DNA of 63,932 nucleotides, the filler included, from Porpidia crustulata (taxonomy: Eukaryota): NCBI GenBank assembly GCA_964255105.1. It is 10 parts of 10 records of this genome, joined end to end, with 100 filler letters (N's around TTAATTAATTAA, not from the genome) between each part and the next. Parts side by side here need not be neighbours in the genome. Positions count along the whole stretch, not along the records: positions 51,256 to 57,546 come from CAXUWE010001581.1; positions 57,647 to 63,932 come from CAXUWE010001582.1; 8 more parts are not named here. The stretch is one strand, 5' to 3'. The notes under the pieces are model-generated. The model did no database searches. It had not been told where the DNA came from and worked only from the letters and a program-made list of their open reading frames with translations. Shown in pieces: positions 51,786-63,889 of this stretch; position 1 is the first letter of the stretch; each line of letters opens with the position of its first letter. A program made the position numbers and the translations under genes.

Positions 51786-54607
51786 ATGATGCCAGCCCTC
51801 GAAGAGCCTGCAGATAGTAATCCTATCAGGACGAGCTCAAAAGGTTAGTTCCTGTCCAATTCCGTGTGATACCATGTTACTTTATTTGCCAATACAGTTT
51901 TGTCTTTTGATCATATTAAGGATTGGGACGTGTGAGCAGATTATAGTTGGTTGCCTTTTAGATTGCGCAGTTCTTTGATTCAATCTATCGTTATGCGCTT
52001 CAGCATGCCTCGTCACTCTCCTATTCTTATCCTGCTTATTTTCAGAGGTAGAATTCTAGCTTTAAAATCACAATAAAAGGCGACTTGTCAGGGCATGTTG
52101 ACGTAAGCTTACTCTATATGACCCAAGCAGCTGCTTTCATTGCAGAACCACAAAACTTTTCACCTAGATTCGGTGCCACTACAACTGACACAGAAAGCCA
52201 TTCAAGCACTGCAATATCCCCAAGACAGCACCACGCAAGTATCGGGAGACGTCTCTCTGGTCGTCTAAATCCCAGTATATCCAAAGGGTCATTGAACTCT
52301 AAAACCAGCCTGGGTAGCCTGACCGGCAACGAGAAACCAGAAAATGGTGGCCGAGGATCATCGCATCGGCACCATCACCATCGTCGTCGCTCAGACGATG
52401 TTATCGCTCAGATAACAGAATGGCTTCAGCACGAAAAGTCGAGGAGGGCAGCTCGGATAGCAGAACCCCAAAACAGCCAGTCCAGACTTACCAGTGCAGT
52501 CGATGCCACCAGATCTTTGCTTAGCAGAGGACACGGTGAAGGCCATAACCATCAGAAAGCCAATCATCGGCATGCGAGATCCTCTTCGGCCCGTTCTGAC
52601 ACGAGCCTTGCTCTGGAAGACCTGGAAAATATCCTTGAAAAGGGCTTGCACATTGATGAAGACGAAAACACCACACCGAGAGACGAAACGAAAGGTTTTT
52701 ATTTCTCGCGTCGAGGCTCGACCCAAAGACGACTCCTTAGAAAAACCTCAAATGTGGTCTCTTCAGACACTGACTACCAGGACGGAGATGTTCTTGTGCC
52801 TTCGGCTGAGGTTGTCCTTGACAATTCCAAAACTTTGGGATACAGCGGAGGAGTAGCAGAATCCCAGACGGATCTTCTTGCCTCAAATAAGCGAAGTATC
52901 AGGGAGAAAGAGGCGTGGCTACATTTTAAGAAGGAAATAGTTCGACTAGCCCACACCTTAAGACTCAAAGGCTGGAGGAAAGTGCCTATTGAGCAAGGGG
53001 GAGAGATTGACGTAGAACGATTGAGTGGGGCATTAACAAACGCGGTCTATGTCGTCTCTCCACCATCGTTGCTGCCGCAGACCTCACAAGAGCCACAAGA
53101 TAGCTCAACATTGATAGCGTGGAAGAGACCACCTCAGTAAGTCTTCTGACCCAATTGATCCTAAATTTCTTCAAGATTACCTTGATCTGCACCTACTGGA
53201 TCCGATTCCTCTTAATGTTACATCCCGGGCTGTTGTCGTGTACTGACTGAGCTAGGAAACTACTTCTCCGCATTTACGGGCCTCAGGTAGAACATCTAAT
53301 CGATCGTGAAAACGAACTACAAATATTACGTCGCCTGGCCCGCAAAAAGATAGGCCCCCGACTACTCGGGACCTTCACCAACGGTCGATTCGAACAGTTC
53401 TTCCACGCTCGTACATTAACTGCTGCAGATTTGCGAGTACCAGAGACATCGAAGCAAATTGCAAAGCGCATGCGTGAATTGCACGATGGTATTGACTTAC
53501 TTGAGAAGGAACGTGAAGATGGACCCTTCATATGGAATAATTGGGATAAATGGGTTGACAGGTGTGAAGAGGTCATTACGTGGATCGACCATCGTGTCTT
53601 ATCTGGCAAGCAAGGGCATGTCAAAGCCTGCTCAGAAGAATGGAAGAGTCGAGGTCTGATCTGCGGCGTTGAATGGTCAGTGTTCAGGCAAACCGTAGAA
53701 CGCTACCGCAGGTGGCTCCACGATCAATACGGCGGCGCCACAGGCATAAATGAGTCTCTGGTCTTTGCACACAATGACGTAAGTCTTCATATCCTATGGA
53801 AATTCCCACCCCCCACAAACTAACTAATACTTGATCAAGACCCAATATGGGAATCTTCTACGCCTTCAACCATCAGGCGAATCACCCCTCCTCCTCCCAT
53901 CAAACGAACACAAACAGCTCATTGTCATTGACTTTGAGTATGCCTCTGCCAACGTCCCCGGGCTTGAATTTGCAAACCATTTCACAGAATGGTGTTACAA
54001 TTACCACTCCCCTACCTCTCCCGCCTCGCTCGATCACACCAAATATCCTACGCTCGACGAACAGCATCGATTCCTGAAAGCCTACGTTACGCATACAACA
54101 TCACCGATACGGCCATCACCGTGGCTGGGACCGAGCTTTGGGCCGTCGAGCTCCGTGAGCAGCTTTGTGCTTGATAGCCGCGCACCGCCAGCGCAGGTCG
54201 CGGAGGAGGAGAAAAAGAGGGACGATGATGTTGAGACAGAAATTCAACGTTTGATGCTTGAGGCAAGAATCTGGCGTGTGGCAAACTCGGCGCAGTGGGT
54301 TGCTTGGGGGATTGTGCAGGCCAAGGTTCCGGGGATGGATGACGTGCCGTCGTCCGACAATTCCTTGCCCACCTCCCCAGTAGTGGCACTGGACTCTGAT
54401 ACTCGAAACCCTGAAGCGGCAGCGCTAGCACAAGATGCGCAAGATAAGCGCCCTGAAGAGGAAGAAGATGATCCAGAATTCGACTATCTCACATACGCGC
54501 ACGAGCGCGCTATGTTCTTTTGGGGCGATGTCGTGCAGTTGGGCTTCGTAAAGAGCGAGGAGCTCCCTGAAGGAGTTAGGGGTAAATTGAAAGTTGTGGA
54601 GGTATGA
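51786..54607 (+). CDS. CKI1: Choline/ethanolamine kinase (exons 51786-51843, 52131-53136, 53256-53778, 53840-54607; exon 1 tentative)
   Basis: RLSGALTNAVY, KLLLRIYG, GPRLLGTFTNGRFEQF, Brenner motif FAHND|TQYGNLL, VIDFEYA, ANHFTEW, FDYL.YA.ER. Confidence 0.9.
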
Positions 54608-55284
54608 GGGGCATTGGGGCCTGAGTATGGAAAGGGAAGTATAGCGGGGCATATGGGTAAATTGATGTCAATGGAGGGATTGGGATTGCGCTTTGCTCCG
54701 ACGAAGAACGACGAACATCATCCACGGCTTGACAGGTAGCATGTATTATAGTGAGACTCTACCCGCTGATCCTTTGCAATCGACGGTCGGAACGGCTGGG
54801 CGCTCCGCATTTGAATATAAAGATATTTCCATTCAAGCGGTACCGTTCAGTGCTCTCTTGACGTAGCCCTTAATCACAACCTTGAAGTCCCTGATACTGT
54901 CAACGCACTGACGACTAATGTTAAGGTCAATCAACCTATAGGACTGAGAAGATCATCTCCGACATAGGTAGTAAAGACCTTTGCCATCCCTTAATTTGTC
55001 GGCAGGGTTAGTCGCTAAATGTAACAGAATCTCTCCTTTATAATGTGCCCTTTGATTTGGCTTCGGCGCATCGATGGTGGTTGTAACGAGACGAGGGGTG
55101 TTCGCGCAAGAGGTCTAATGGTCAGGGCAAGTTGGTTCGCACTAGGGCAATTTCAGTTCACCCCACGTCCTTGCAGACGGAGCGCCGCCACCTTTTCCAA
55201 TATATATGTATCAACACTCGTGAGTCTTGAGGTCATGTGTAGCTGAGAGATAGGAGACGCGAAGTATCCGAGTCCTAAGAAATC

Positions 55285-56955
55285 ATGGAGCCTGATATTG
55301 TGAGAGAACTCTCTAAAGTCGATCCCGCTATCCCATTCCGCGCCTCAACCTCTCATCGCCATCAAACCTGGGCCAGGACTTACCACTCTCGCCCAGAGCT
55401 CTACATTCAGCCCCACTCAATCGAAGAGATAGAAAAAGTTGTGACACTTGCGCGAAGATGCCGGCGGAGGATTGTCACGGTCGGATGCAGCCACTCTCCC
55501 TCAGACCTGACCTGTTCATCATCTTGGATGATGAACTTAGATCACTACGACAAGATTCTATTGGTAGACAAAGACAGGAGGATAGTTGTAATGCAAGCAG
55601 GCATACGGCTTCATGATTTGGGGTTGAAGTTGAAAGAGCATGGCCTTGCGATGCCAAACTTGGGGAGCATCGACCACCAATCTATAGCGGGCGCAATAAG
55701 TACAGCAACACATGGCAGTTCGACGAGGCATGGACTCTTATCGCAGTCTGTCAAGGGCCTCAAGATCATGCTTGCCAACGGCAAGACTGTGTCGTGTTCT
55801 GCGGAACAAAACAATGACCTTTTCCGCGCAGCTCTCGTAAGCCTAGGGGCGCTTGGTATAATTGTTGAGATCACATTTCAAGCGGTACCTGCATTCAATA
55901 TTGAATGGAGCCAAAGCTTGCATCCGATGGAAGAGATTCTGGCGCAATGGGACAAGGACCTATGGACTGAAAAAGAGTTTACACGCGTTTGGTGGTTGCC
56001 ATACTCAAAACGAGCTATCAAATGGAGGGCCGACAAGACAGACAGGCCTCTCAAGCCGCCGGTACCAAACTGGTGGGGTGGCGCTATCGGATTCCATACA
56101 TATCATATACTGCTGTATGTTGCCCAATGGATTCCAAGCATCATACCTAAGATCGAGAGTTTCGTGGTCAACGTACAGTACGGTTTCAAAGAAGGCGTCG
56201 GTAATACTGCAATTCAGGAAAGTCGCACAGGTCTGTTGATGAATTGTCTTTACTCACAATTCGTCAATGAGTGGGCAATACCGCTTCACAAAGGACCCGA
56301 GGCCATTACCCGTCTGTCGCAATGGCTGAATGGCGAGGAAGAGGCTTCAGGTATCCCAGGAAGCTCAAAAGGTCTCTACGTACACTGTCCCATTGAAGTC
56401 CGAGTTTCTGATACTTCCACCACTACACCACGCCCTTATCTAGATAGTACTGTTTCTGATGGTGCGTCGCTTCAATTGAACGCTACACTTTACCGACCCT
56501 ACTACTGCGATCCGCCCTGCCGAGAGCGCTATTATAGGGCGTTCGAATGGCTCATGAAAGAAATGGGCGGGCGACCTCATTGGGCCAAAAACTTTACTAC
56601 TGTCACTAAGGATGAAATATACAGTATGTATCCCGACATGAAGAGTTGGATCCGTGTCCGGAACGAGGTAGATCCCCAAGGTGTGTTCATTGGCGACTGG
56701 CATCGGCGCCTTTTATTACCAGATGGCAGCGAGAAAGACGTTTTTCCAAACGAAGAACGAAGAATAGATATTGAGACCTCGAAAGTCGGTGGTGTCAACT
56801 GGACCGGAGATTTACCTGGTAAAAACCTGAGCCCACAGACAAGCGAGGAGAGCTTCGAAATGATGCACGGGGTCGAAGCGGAAAAGAGTGTACTGTTGAG
56901 CGATTTGGTGAGGGCACAAGAGGAAGACGATGAAGATGAAGATGAAGAATTATGA
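55285..56955 (+). CDS. ALO1: D-arabinono-1,4-lactone oxidase (FAD-linked), intronless
   Basis: TWARTY, VGCSHSPSDL (covalent-FAD His), LGSIDHQSIAGAISTATHGS, SLGALG, EWAIPL, HCPIEVR, GGRPHWAK. Confidence 0.93.
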   Translation: MEPDIVRELSKVDPAIPFRASTSHRHQTWARTYHSRPELYIQPHSIEEIEKVVTLARRCRRRIVTVGCSHSPSDLTCSSSWMMNLDHYDKILLVDKDRRIVVMQAGIRLHDLGLKLKEHGLAMPNLGSIDHQSIAGAISTATHGSSTRHGLLSQSVKGLKIMLANGKTVSCSAEQNNDLFRAALVSLGALGIIVEITFQAVPAFNIEWSQSLHPMEEILAQWDKDLWTEKEFTRVWWLPYSKRAIKWRADKTDRPLKPPVPNWWGGAIGFHTYHILLYVAQWIPSIIPKIESFVVNVQYGFKEGVGNTAIQESRTGLLMNCLYSQFVNEWAIPLHKGPEAITRLSQWLNGEEEASGIPGSSKGLYVHCPIEVRVSDTSTTTPRPYLDSTVSDGASLQLNATLYRPYYCDPPCRERYYRAFEWLMKEMGGRPHWAKNFTTVTKDEIYSMYPDMKSWIRVRNEVDPQGVFIGDWHRRLLLPDGSEKDVFPNEERRIDIETSKVGGVNWTGDLPGKNLSPQTSEESFEMMHGVEAEKSVLLSDLVRAQEEDDEDEDEEL

Positions 56956-57152
56956 GATATGTCATGATGCTATATGCTTATTGATAACGCACCGCCATTC
57001 GTCCCATGTCTGATGTCCTCTACACTTGTGGACTTTCAATCGAAAGTGGAGCTACGGAAAAGTTCCACTCGACTATTTGGCATCATATCACGACTCAATG
57101 TTTAACATAGAATCTTTCTCACGCCCTAACGTTGATGTAGCAAACGTCAAAC

Positions 57153-57415
57153 GTCACGTGACCAAATTATATTGCAGCCGGGCATCAAGCACCAGCAACC
57201 ACAATAGCGCGTGTAATTCTCAGCGTTAGATGCGTTCAAGGTTCAAAATCTTGTCGAGAACCTTTCTAGGAACGACTCGGCCAGCCTAGAATCGACATTC
57301 GAACATGTTAGATTTTCTGTGAGTCACGAGGTCTGGTCACATGACTCATTTTTCTGAAACCCCTTTTATGATTTCGCTTATTTCAATCAAAATGTCGCCA
57401 CCCCTTAATGAGTCA
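57153..57415. promoter_or_regulatory. Cluster of TGASTCA (Gcn4/CpcA-type) and RTCACRTG (Cbf1-type) sites
   Basis: GTCACGTGAC 57153-57162; TGAGTCA 57320-57326; GTCACATG overlapping TGACTCA 57342-57348; TGAGTCA 57409-57415. Confidence 0.55.
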
Positions 57416-57979
57416 TAATACATCAATCCCATGACAACGAGACTCAATCCCTATCATGACACATCTCAGTATGTATTTAACCCCCAAGAAGCTCCCATCT
57501 CATCTCCCATCCAATATCAACGTCGCAAGTTCCGATCTCACGCTCCNNNNNNNNNNNNNNNNNNNNNNNNNNNNNNNNNNNNNNNNNNNNTTAATTAATT
57601 AANNNNNNNNNNNNNNNNNNNNNNNNNNNNNNNNNNNNNNNNNNNNGGTTTTGGGCTAAATATTTTACCCATAACCCTAGTTACTGTTTTCGGACTGGGG
57701 TGAATACGAGTATCTGGTTCATTGAGAATGTTGATCAGCCCGTAGTTCCTACAACTTCGAAGCTTGGAACATCTATTATTTGCAATGTAGTCAATACTGA
57801 TAATGTACAAAGCCGTAGATGTGTATGTTGGAAACAGCGCTCCTCCGATCCTCTATTTCTATCCTGATCAACTCGCTCCAACAGAGGTAAAAAACAATTC
57901 CAGGAGTATGTAGCAGTAAGGCTACATGTGGAAACTAATGCCTGTCTAGTACGAATCATCGATGTTCATCAATGTCTCT

Positions 57980-60900
57980 CTATAAGAAAGCAAGATTGAC
58001 ATCACTGTCATCGCTCCCTGTCATGTTTCTTCTCCTGTTGTTCAAGAAAAGATCAACTATCTTCTGACTGCTTTCAGTTGGAGTTATATTGGTATCTGAA
58101 CCGGAGACATCCCATTCAAGACCAAGACCAGGTAGGGTTCCTTGGATATTTGGGTCTGTCACCTTGAACCGAGACTGCCCGGAACTTGATCGAGGCTCCG
58201 TACTCGGGGCTAATTCAACGGAGGTGCTACTCCGCATTCGGCGAAGACGAGCTAGACGCTCAGGACTGTGTCGACTTGGTGTCACGGGCTTGGTTTTGAT
58301 CCTCAACTTCCCCTGCATGTTTGGTGTTGCAAGTGTCCCTTGAGAACCAGGAGAGTTGAAGCTGATGCTCTTGGTCTGGAACTTGTGCACGACAGGAGTA
58401 TGAGGCTGGGATCTAAGAGATACACTCGACACTTTGCCGTGGATGCCGCTGGCACTGGGAATGCTGGGTTGGTGTCTTTCATTCTCCACGTTCATGGGAA
58501 GGCGAGCTTGTACATTGTGAGGCTCATTCGAGGACGATTTGTCCTGTCTCAGCGTGGAAACATTGGATGTTGGTGCAATATCAATCAAGGGAAACCTGTC
58601 GATCATTGAATAGGAACTTTTGTGCTCCAAAGCCGGCCTAGCCATTGAATTTCCACGAGCGGTCGTGTGTGACTGTTTCGGTTTTGGTTCATTAGTGCCA
58701 TGACGCGAATTTCTTGGAGCCAAATCCTCTTCGTCAAACAGGGCGTTCTCCCGTTTATGGCCGATCCGCTTCCCTGTGGCGAAATAAGCATCCTTCATGG
58801 TATTCGCCGTACCCCCGTTTTCCAGGGTCGCGACATGGGAAGCCATCCAATTTTGCCAATCTCCACTTGATTTGGCCAAGGAGAGATCCCGTTCAGCAAC
58901 TGGCGAATTTGACACCCTATAATTCTTCGTTTTACTCGCTAAGATAGCGAGTGTGCCCACTTCGCCACTGCTTTCTGATTTAGCAAGCGATAAGGAGCTG
59001 TTAGTCTGGTTTGGAGTGTTCCCACTTGAGGTCCTCGAATAGACGCTTTCGGAACCAATCACACTACCATTATGGAATTTGTACATGCTAGGACGAGTTT
59101 GAGGACGTGCGCTCACGATCGGCTGTTCAGTCGACTGGATGTCCCCTGAATTCCCTGTCTCGGTTTCACTATTGACATGCCTCCCACGTCTGAAAGGGCT
59201 TACATTACTTCTCTCAAGGCGCATATTTGAAGGGAAGAACCCTGATTTAAGCTCTCGTAGAGGTCTTTTAGGAGTTGGGTAATCGACTTCACCCCGCTGT
59301 GAGGCCTCTTGCAGCGTGAGAGCTATGTCCGTGCCCTGCCTCTCTGATGACGACATAATTTGAATCGGACTAAACACATCGTCCATGTCGTCACTGTCGA
59401 AATACTTGGAGACAGAAGATTTTAGAGCCTCCGTCCCTTGCGCAGACACAGGTGAACTCTGAGCGTTTCTTGTTTTTGTAGAGCCCGGGCGATCTCGATG
59501 ATTATTGATAGAGGATCTTCTGGGTGTAAGATCAGACAAATGGAACTTTGCCTGGTCTAAGCTATCTTCTATTTTGTGGTCTGGCTGATCGGAAGCCTGT
59601 TGGCTTTTCTCTCCCAGCCGCTTTTGCAAAGCCGAAAAGATCCGCTGACTGTCCACTAAGCCACGTGTACGGCCAGCAAGACTGCTTTTTTGGATTGGGT
59701 TGCGAAATATACTATTTCCATCACTAAATTCGCCACATTGTTCAGCAGACGATGATGGTTCGTGTGGGCCTCCATTTTCCTGAATGACGGAGAGTCGCTT
59801 TCTTTCCCGCTTTTGGCGCAAACTCAACGTATTTGCTGCTGTTGAATTCGTCCAACTGGAGACGCGTGATCTTGCGTTACTGACACTGTCATCGCTACTG
59901 GTGCTGCGTATGCTGCCTGCAAGAGATCCCGTATCGCAGAAAACAGGACTGTTTCGCAATGGTGACACCCGAGAGCTGGCTCTAAGCAAAGTCTCACCGT
60001 CAGGAGATGGAATGCCTTCATAACGCTGCTCTAGACCGGATGAAGCCGCCATATAGTCTCCAAAATGGGGTCTACTAGCATTAAGATGTTGTGCTGGCAT
60101 GGCTTCTGGCGTATCTGATGGGCGGTGGAAAACTCGCTTCAGCTTGTCTCTCAAAGAAAATGAGATGATTCGTGCTCTATCTCCCAGGCCCTTGGCTACA
60201 CTTGGCTCGGTGGTATTTGATGTAGCAGACGCTATAGCACCGCCATAACTATTGGTACTACCAGAGCGAACAGTCCTGCGGAAAGCTTTCTGAGATTTAG
60301 GGCGCTTCCCTGGGGCGAATGTAGATGGCTGTGATTGGAGTCCTTGTTGGTTCAATTGCCGAAGATACTGATCCCTGGCCATCTGGATAGCTTCATCTGT
60401 ACTTGCGTTTTGACGGCTGTTGGGGGATATATGATCCGTTTTTCCCCGCAAGAAGGAGAATGACCTTTGAAGGCTAGGTTTTGGCAATTGGTTTAAATGG
60501 ATCACACTATCCGTTGACTGCTCTGAATGACTACGGGTGTGAGCTGTAGTCTGTGGAGTACTGTGCGTGAACTGGAGAGAGAGCGTATTGCGTGGACTGT
60601 GCATCGATTTTGTTTTGCGAACCCTCTTGTAAGATGATTGCATTGAAGTGGCTTCGCTGTCGAGACACTCCGCTTCAGACGTACATTTCTGTGAATCATG
60701 GCCAGGAACATTCCGTCTTGTGATCGGGCGCAGTTCTGTTGGCTTCGCTGTAGGTCCTACAAAACGAACGCTTTGTTTTCTCTCCAATGATGGTTTGTTG
60801 GGATTCGGCATGCCAGCCACATTTGTTTTATGTCTGGGACCCCCCGCCCGTCCATTGGCGCGCTCAAAAGCAAGGGCTGCAGCAGTAAGAGCGTACTGAT

Positions 60901-61006
60901 CCAGGGCCTCGCTGTCCTCAGAGGTGTTCTGGTGGTACTTGATGGATGCAGTTGATTTAGCTCGGCGAGGGCGACTTGGACCACCACCTGCACCAAAGAG
61001 TGGCAT
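57980..61006 (-). CDS. Long Ser/Arg-rich, probably disordered hypothetical protein (~1008 aa, intronless)
   Basis: 3-kb uninterrupted ORF; short motif-like islands (IQMARDQYL, KLKRVF, SRVSSWTNST, KRLSVIQE, VDSQRIFSAL). Confidence 0.75.
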   Translation of the reverse strand: MPLFGAGGGPSRPRRAKSTASIKYHQNTSEDSEALDQYALTAAALAFERANGRAGGPRHKTNVAGMPNPNKPSLERKQSVRFVGPTAKPTELRPITRRNVPGHDSQKCTSEAECLDSEATSMQSSYKRVRKTKSMHSPRNTLSLQFTHSTPQTTAHTRSHSEQSTDSVIHLNQLPKPSLQRSFSFLRGKTDHISPNSRQNASTDEAIQMARDQYLRQLNQQGLQSQPSTFAPGKRPKSQKAFRRTVRSGSTNSYGGAIASATSNTTEPSVAKGLGDRARIISFSLRDKLKRVFHRPSDTPEAMPAQHLNASRPHFGDYMAASSGLEQRYEGIPSPDGETLLRASSRVSPLRNSPVFCDTGSLAGSIRSTSSDDSVSNARSRVSSWTNSTAANTLSLRQKRERKRLSVIQENGGPHEPSSSAEQCGEFSDGNSIFRNPIQKSSLAGRTRGLVDSQRIFSALQKRLGEKSQQASDQPDHKIEDSLDQAKFHLSDLTPRRSSINNHRDRPGSTKTRNAQSSPVSAQGTEALKSSVSKYFDSDDMDDVFSPIQIMSSSERQGTDIALTLQEASQRGEVDYPTPKRPLRELKSGFFPSNMRLERSNVSPFRRGRHVNSETETGNSGDIQSTEQPIVSARPQTRPSMYKFHNGSVIGSESVYSRTSSGNTPNQTNSSLSLAKSESSGEVGTLAILASKTKNYRVSNSPVAERDLSLAKSSGDWQNWMASHVATLENGGTANTMKDAYFATGKRIGHKRENALFDEEDLAPRNSRHGTNEPKPKQSHTTARGNSMARPALEHKSSYSMIDRFPLIDIAPTSNVSTLRQDKSSSNEPHNVQARLPMNVENERHQPSIPSASGIHGKVSSVSLRSQPHTPVVHKFQTKSISFNSPGSQGTLATPNMQGKLRIKTKPVTPSRHSPERLARLRRMRSSTSVELAPSTEPRSSSGQSRFKVTDPNIQGTLPGLGLEWDVSGSDTNITPTESSQKIVDLFLNNRRRNMTGSDDSDVNLAFL

Positions 61007-62323
61007 GCTGAAGTAGAACCAACGCAAATTTCGAGAGACAAACTCGGCCCAGATTTCAGGCTAAAAGAAATGCTCGATAGGTGATGTATCCAAAAATGTG
61101 TTTGGACCAGTAGCAAGTGGACGAGTTGTATTCAGCGAGCGGAGGCGGCGAGCACCAAGGCCCCTCTAAAGCCGAGTAAAGGAGACTAAGCGAAGACAGA
61201 AAACACAACGGAACCAACAATGGTCACTCCTACCTGGTTTCCTACCAAATATGGAATCCACTACCCCTGTAGCGAATCAGGCTTGGTAGGAAGTAACGAT
61301 GGACAAGATTTCTTCCATCGTAAATCGGTATCCGGCTTGAGGCATTAGCATACATTGCTATGCTGCACGGTATGAGATCCATCTCTCAATGTCTATACAG
61401 TCGTTCTTTGTAAGGAACTCGCCAGCGATGGAGGCTGACATTCGGATGTAGAGCATTGTATAAATTGACTCGATGACACGAAGCTACTCTATTTGTTCAC
61501 ACAATCATGTTGACTGCACGCTGTCAAGAGCACAGAAGGTTGTGAGAGCCATTGTGCGTTGCAATTATCTCTATGACGTGAAATAGCAAGGGTATATGGA
61601 CCAATATAAAAACCAGCGAGAGAGATAATGAGAAGGTTTACATATTCTAGTATCAGACATCTAGGAAAATGTATCACTATGATAAACCACGTCCTTTACA
61701 GTCCTCTCAAAATTTGTAGTACTCGATGCATAAGTCCATATCAATAGAAGAATATGTCACTAATGATAGCGATGTAGAGGGATAAATGTACGTGGTGAAA
61801 TGCGAATGGAAGCTACATGAAATAGAGAGGGTCGATACTCATTGATTGTACTGTACCTCATCTCTTGGAAGGCCAGATAGTCGGGAAAGCCTTCCCTCAA
61901 GATTTTAGGCGATAGCTCAATTTGAGTTGAGCGCCTTAGCAGATTGAACAGATTTCTTGGTAAATGTGGGAGCATCGATCCTCCGGCTCCAGTCTTTGGC
62001 ACAATTTGTGCAAACCTCATTGCTCGTGCCTTAGGGGTACGGCGCGTTTTAGAAGCCTCGGCATTGGGCAGAGATTGAAATCCTTGTTAAAGAATACATC
62101 TTTGCTTCAGGATTTCTTGAAGCAGCGACGATTGTTTTTCTTGTCGAAAATTGCGAGTAGATACCAATAGCCTTATATCTCGCCTGAGGAAGTTCCGGCG
62201 CCACACGCGTCTCTCTAGCGGCGCAAGCTAAGACTGTTTAGGTCAGCGAACACGTCTCCCGCAACTTGTTCAAAATCCAATGTTCAAACCGCAAGCACTC
62301 ACGAGCGTTGAGAAAGCCTAGAT

Positions 62324-63889
62324 ATGCAGTGGCTTCTTTCTTACTGTTTTTTCGCGCTACTGAGCCTGGTTCAAGCGCTCAGCAGCAGTGGCAATCGATT
62401 GCTTGTTGTAATTGAAGAAGCAGCGGAGAAGAGCAAATATTCTAAATTTTGGACAGATCTTGAAGGTGAATGCCACGGGTTTTTATAAGAAGGCTCTCTT
62501 AGCGCTAATATTGTTCTAAATCCTAGGAAGGGGGTATAAGCTCTCATTCGAATCTCCGAAAAGCGAAAAGCTTGCGCTGTTCGAACATGGCGCGCGAGCA
62601 TATGACCATATCCTACTCCTCCCCCCAAAATCTAAAGGTACGTTCAATTGCTATTGAACTTGAGCAAAGACTGATCTGGCAATAGGACTTGGGCCAGCAC
62701 TCACCCCTAATCTTCTCCTTCAATTCATTAACCAGAACGGCAATATTCTCCTAACGCTCTCCGCGGACTCAACTACGCCAGCAGCGATCGCTTCCCTTCT
62801 CCTCGAATTAGACATACATCTACCACCAGATCGGACATCACTCGTTGTTGACCACTTTAAGTACGACACAGTGTCGGCCAGTGAGAAGCATGACGTCCTC
62901 TTATTACCACAACCCTCAGCCTTGCGTTCAGACGCCCGAAATTTCTTTGGAGGAGATGGTTTGATATCTTTCCCTAGAGCTGTGGCTCAGGAGCTGGGGA
63001 ATACGAGCCCACACCTTGCGCCAGTGTTGCGAGCCCAGAGTACTGCGTATACCTATAATCCCAAGGATGATGCCGAGACGGTAGAGGACCCATTTGCTGT
63101 GGGGGAGCAGATTACTCTAGTTTCAACAATGCAGGCCAGAAACTCCGCCAGATTCACGGTCTTTGGATCCGTAGAAGCTTTGGAAAATACATGGTTCGAT
63201 GCGAAGGTCAAAGCTGTGGGAGGCAAAGAGACCAAGACGGCGAACAGGGCGTTTGCGAAGCAAATTACTGCGTGGACTTTTGCGGAAGTTGGAGTGCTCA
63301 AGGTCGGTGGGGTCAACCACCACTTGAGCACAATCACCGAGGAAGCCGCAGGGAATGACAGCGTTGCTCAGCTGGGGTATCTGAACCCTAAGATCTATCG
63401 CATCAAGAACGATGTTGTAAGTATTGCCTGCCCCGAACAGCACCTCCCTTGCTAATTCCTTAGACCTTCAACATCGAATTATCTGAATACTCTTACGATC
63501 ACCTCACGCCGTTGAAAATCTCTCCTTCAGACGCTCTCCAACTCGAATTCACCATGCTCTCACCCTTTCACCGCCTCAACCTCCAGCCCATTTCCACAAC
63601 CACCAACAGCACCATCTTCAGCGCCACCTTCAAACTGCCAGACCAGCACGGCATTTTCGCCTTCCGCGTCAATTACAAGCGGCCTTTCCTCACGAACATT
63701 GACGTCAAGCGGGAAGTCACCGTCCGCCATTTCGCGCACGACGAGTGGCCGCGCAGCTGGGAGATCAGCGCCGGTTGGGTCTGGATCGCGGGCGTTTGGA
63801 TCACCGTTGCCGGATGGGTAGCTTTTGTGGCGATGTGGCTATACAGCGAGCCGGCGTACGAGAGGAGCCAGGGCAAGAAGATGCAATAG
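62324..63889 (+). CDS. WBP1: Oligosaccharyltransferase subunit beta (OST48/Wbp1), multi-exon
   Basis: Signal peptide MQWLLSYCFFALLSLVQALS.SGNRLLVV; MQARNSARFTVFGS, YRIKND, QLEFTMLSPFHRL, KLPDQHGIF.FRVNYKRPFLT, VRHFAHDEWPRS; C-terminal TM plus KKMQ (KKxx ER retrieval). Confidence 0.95.
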
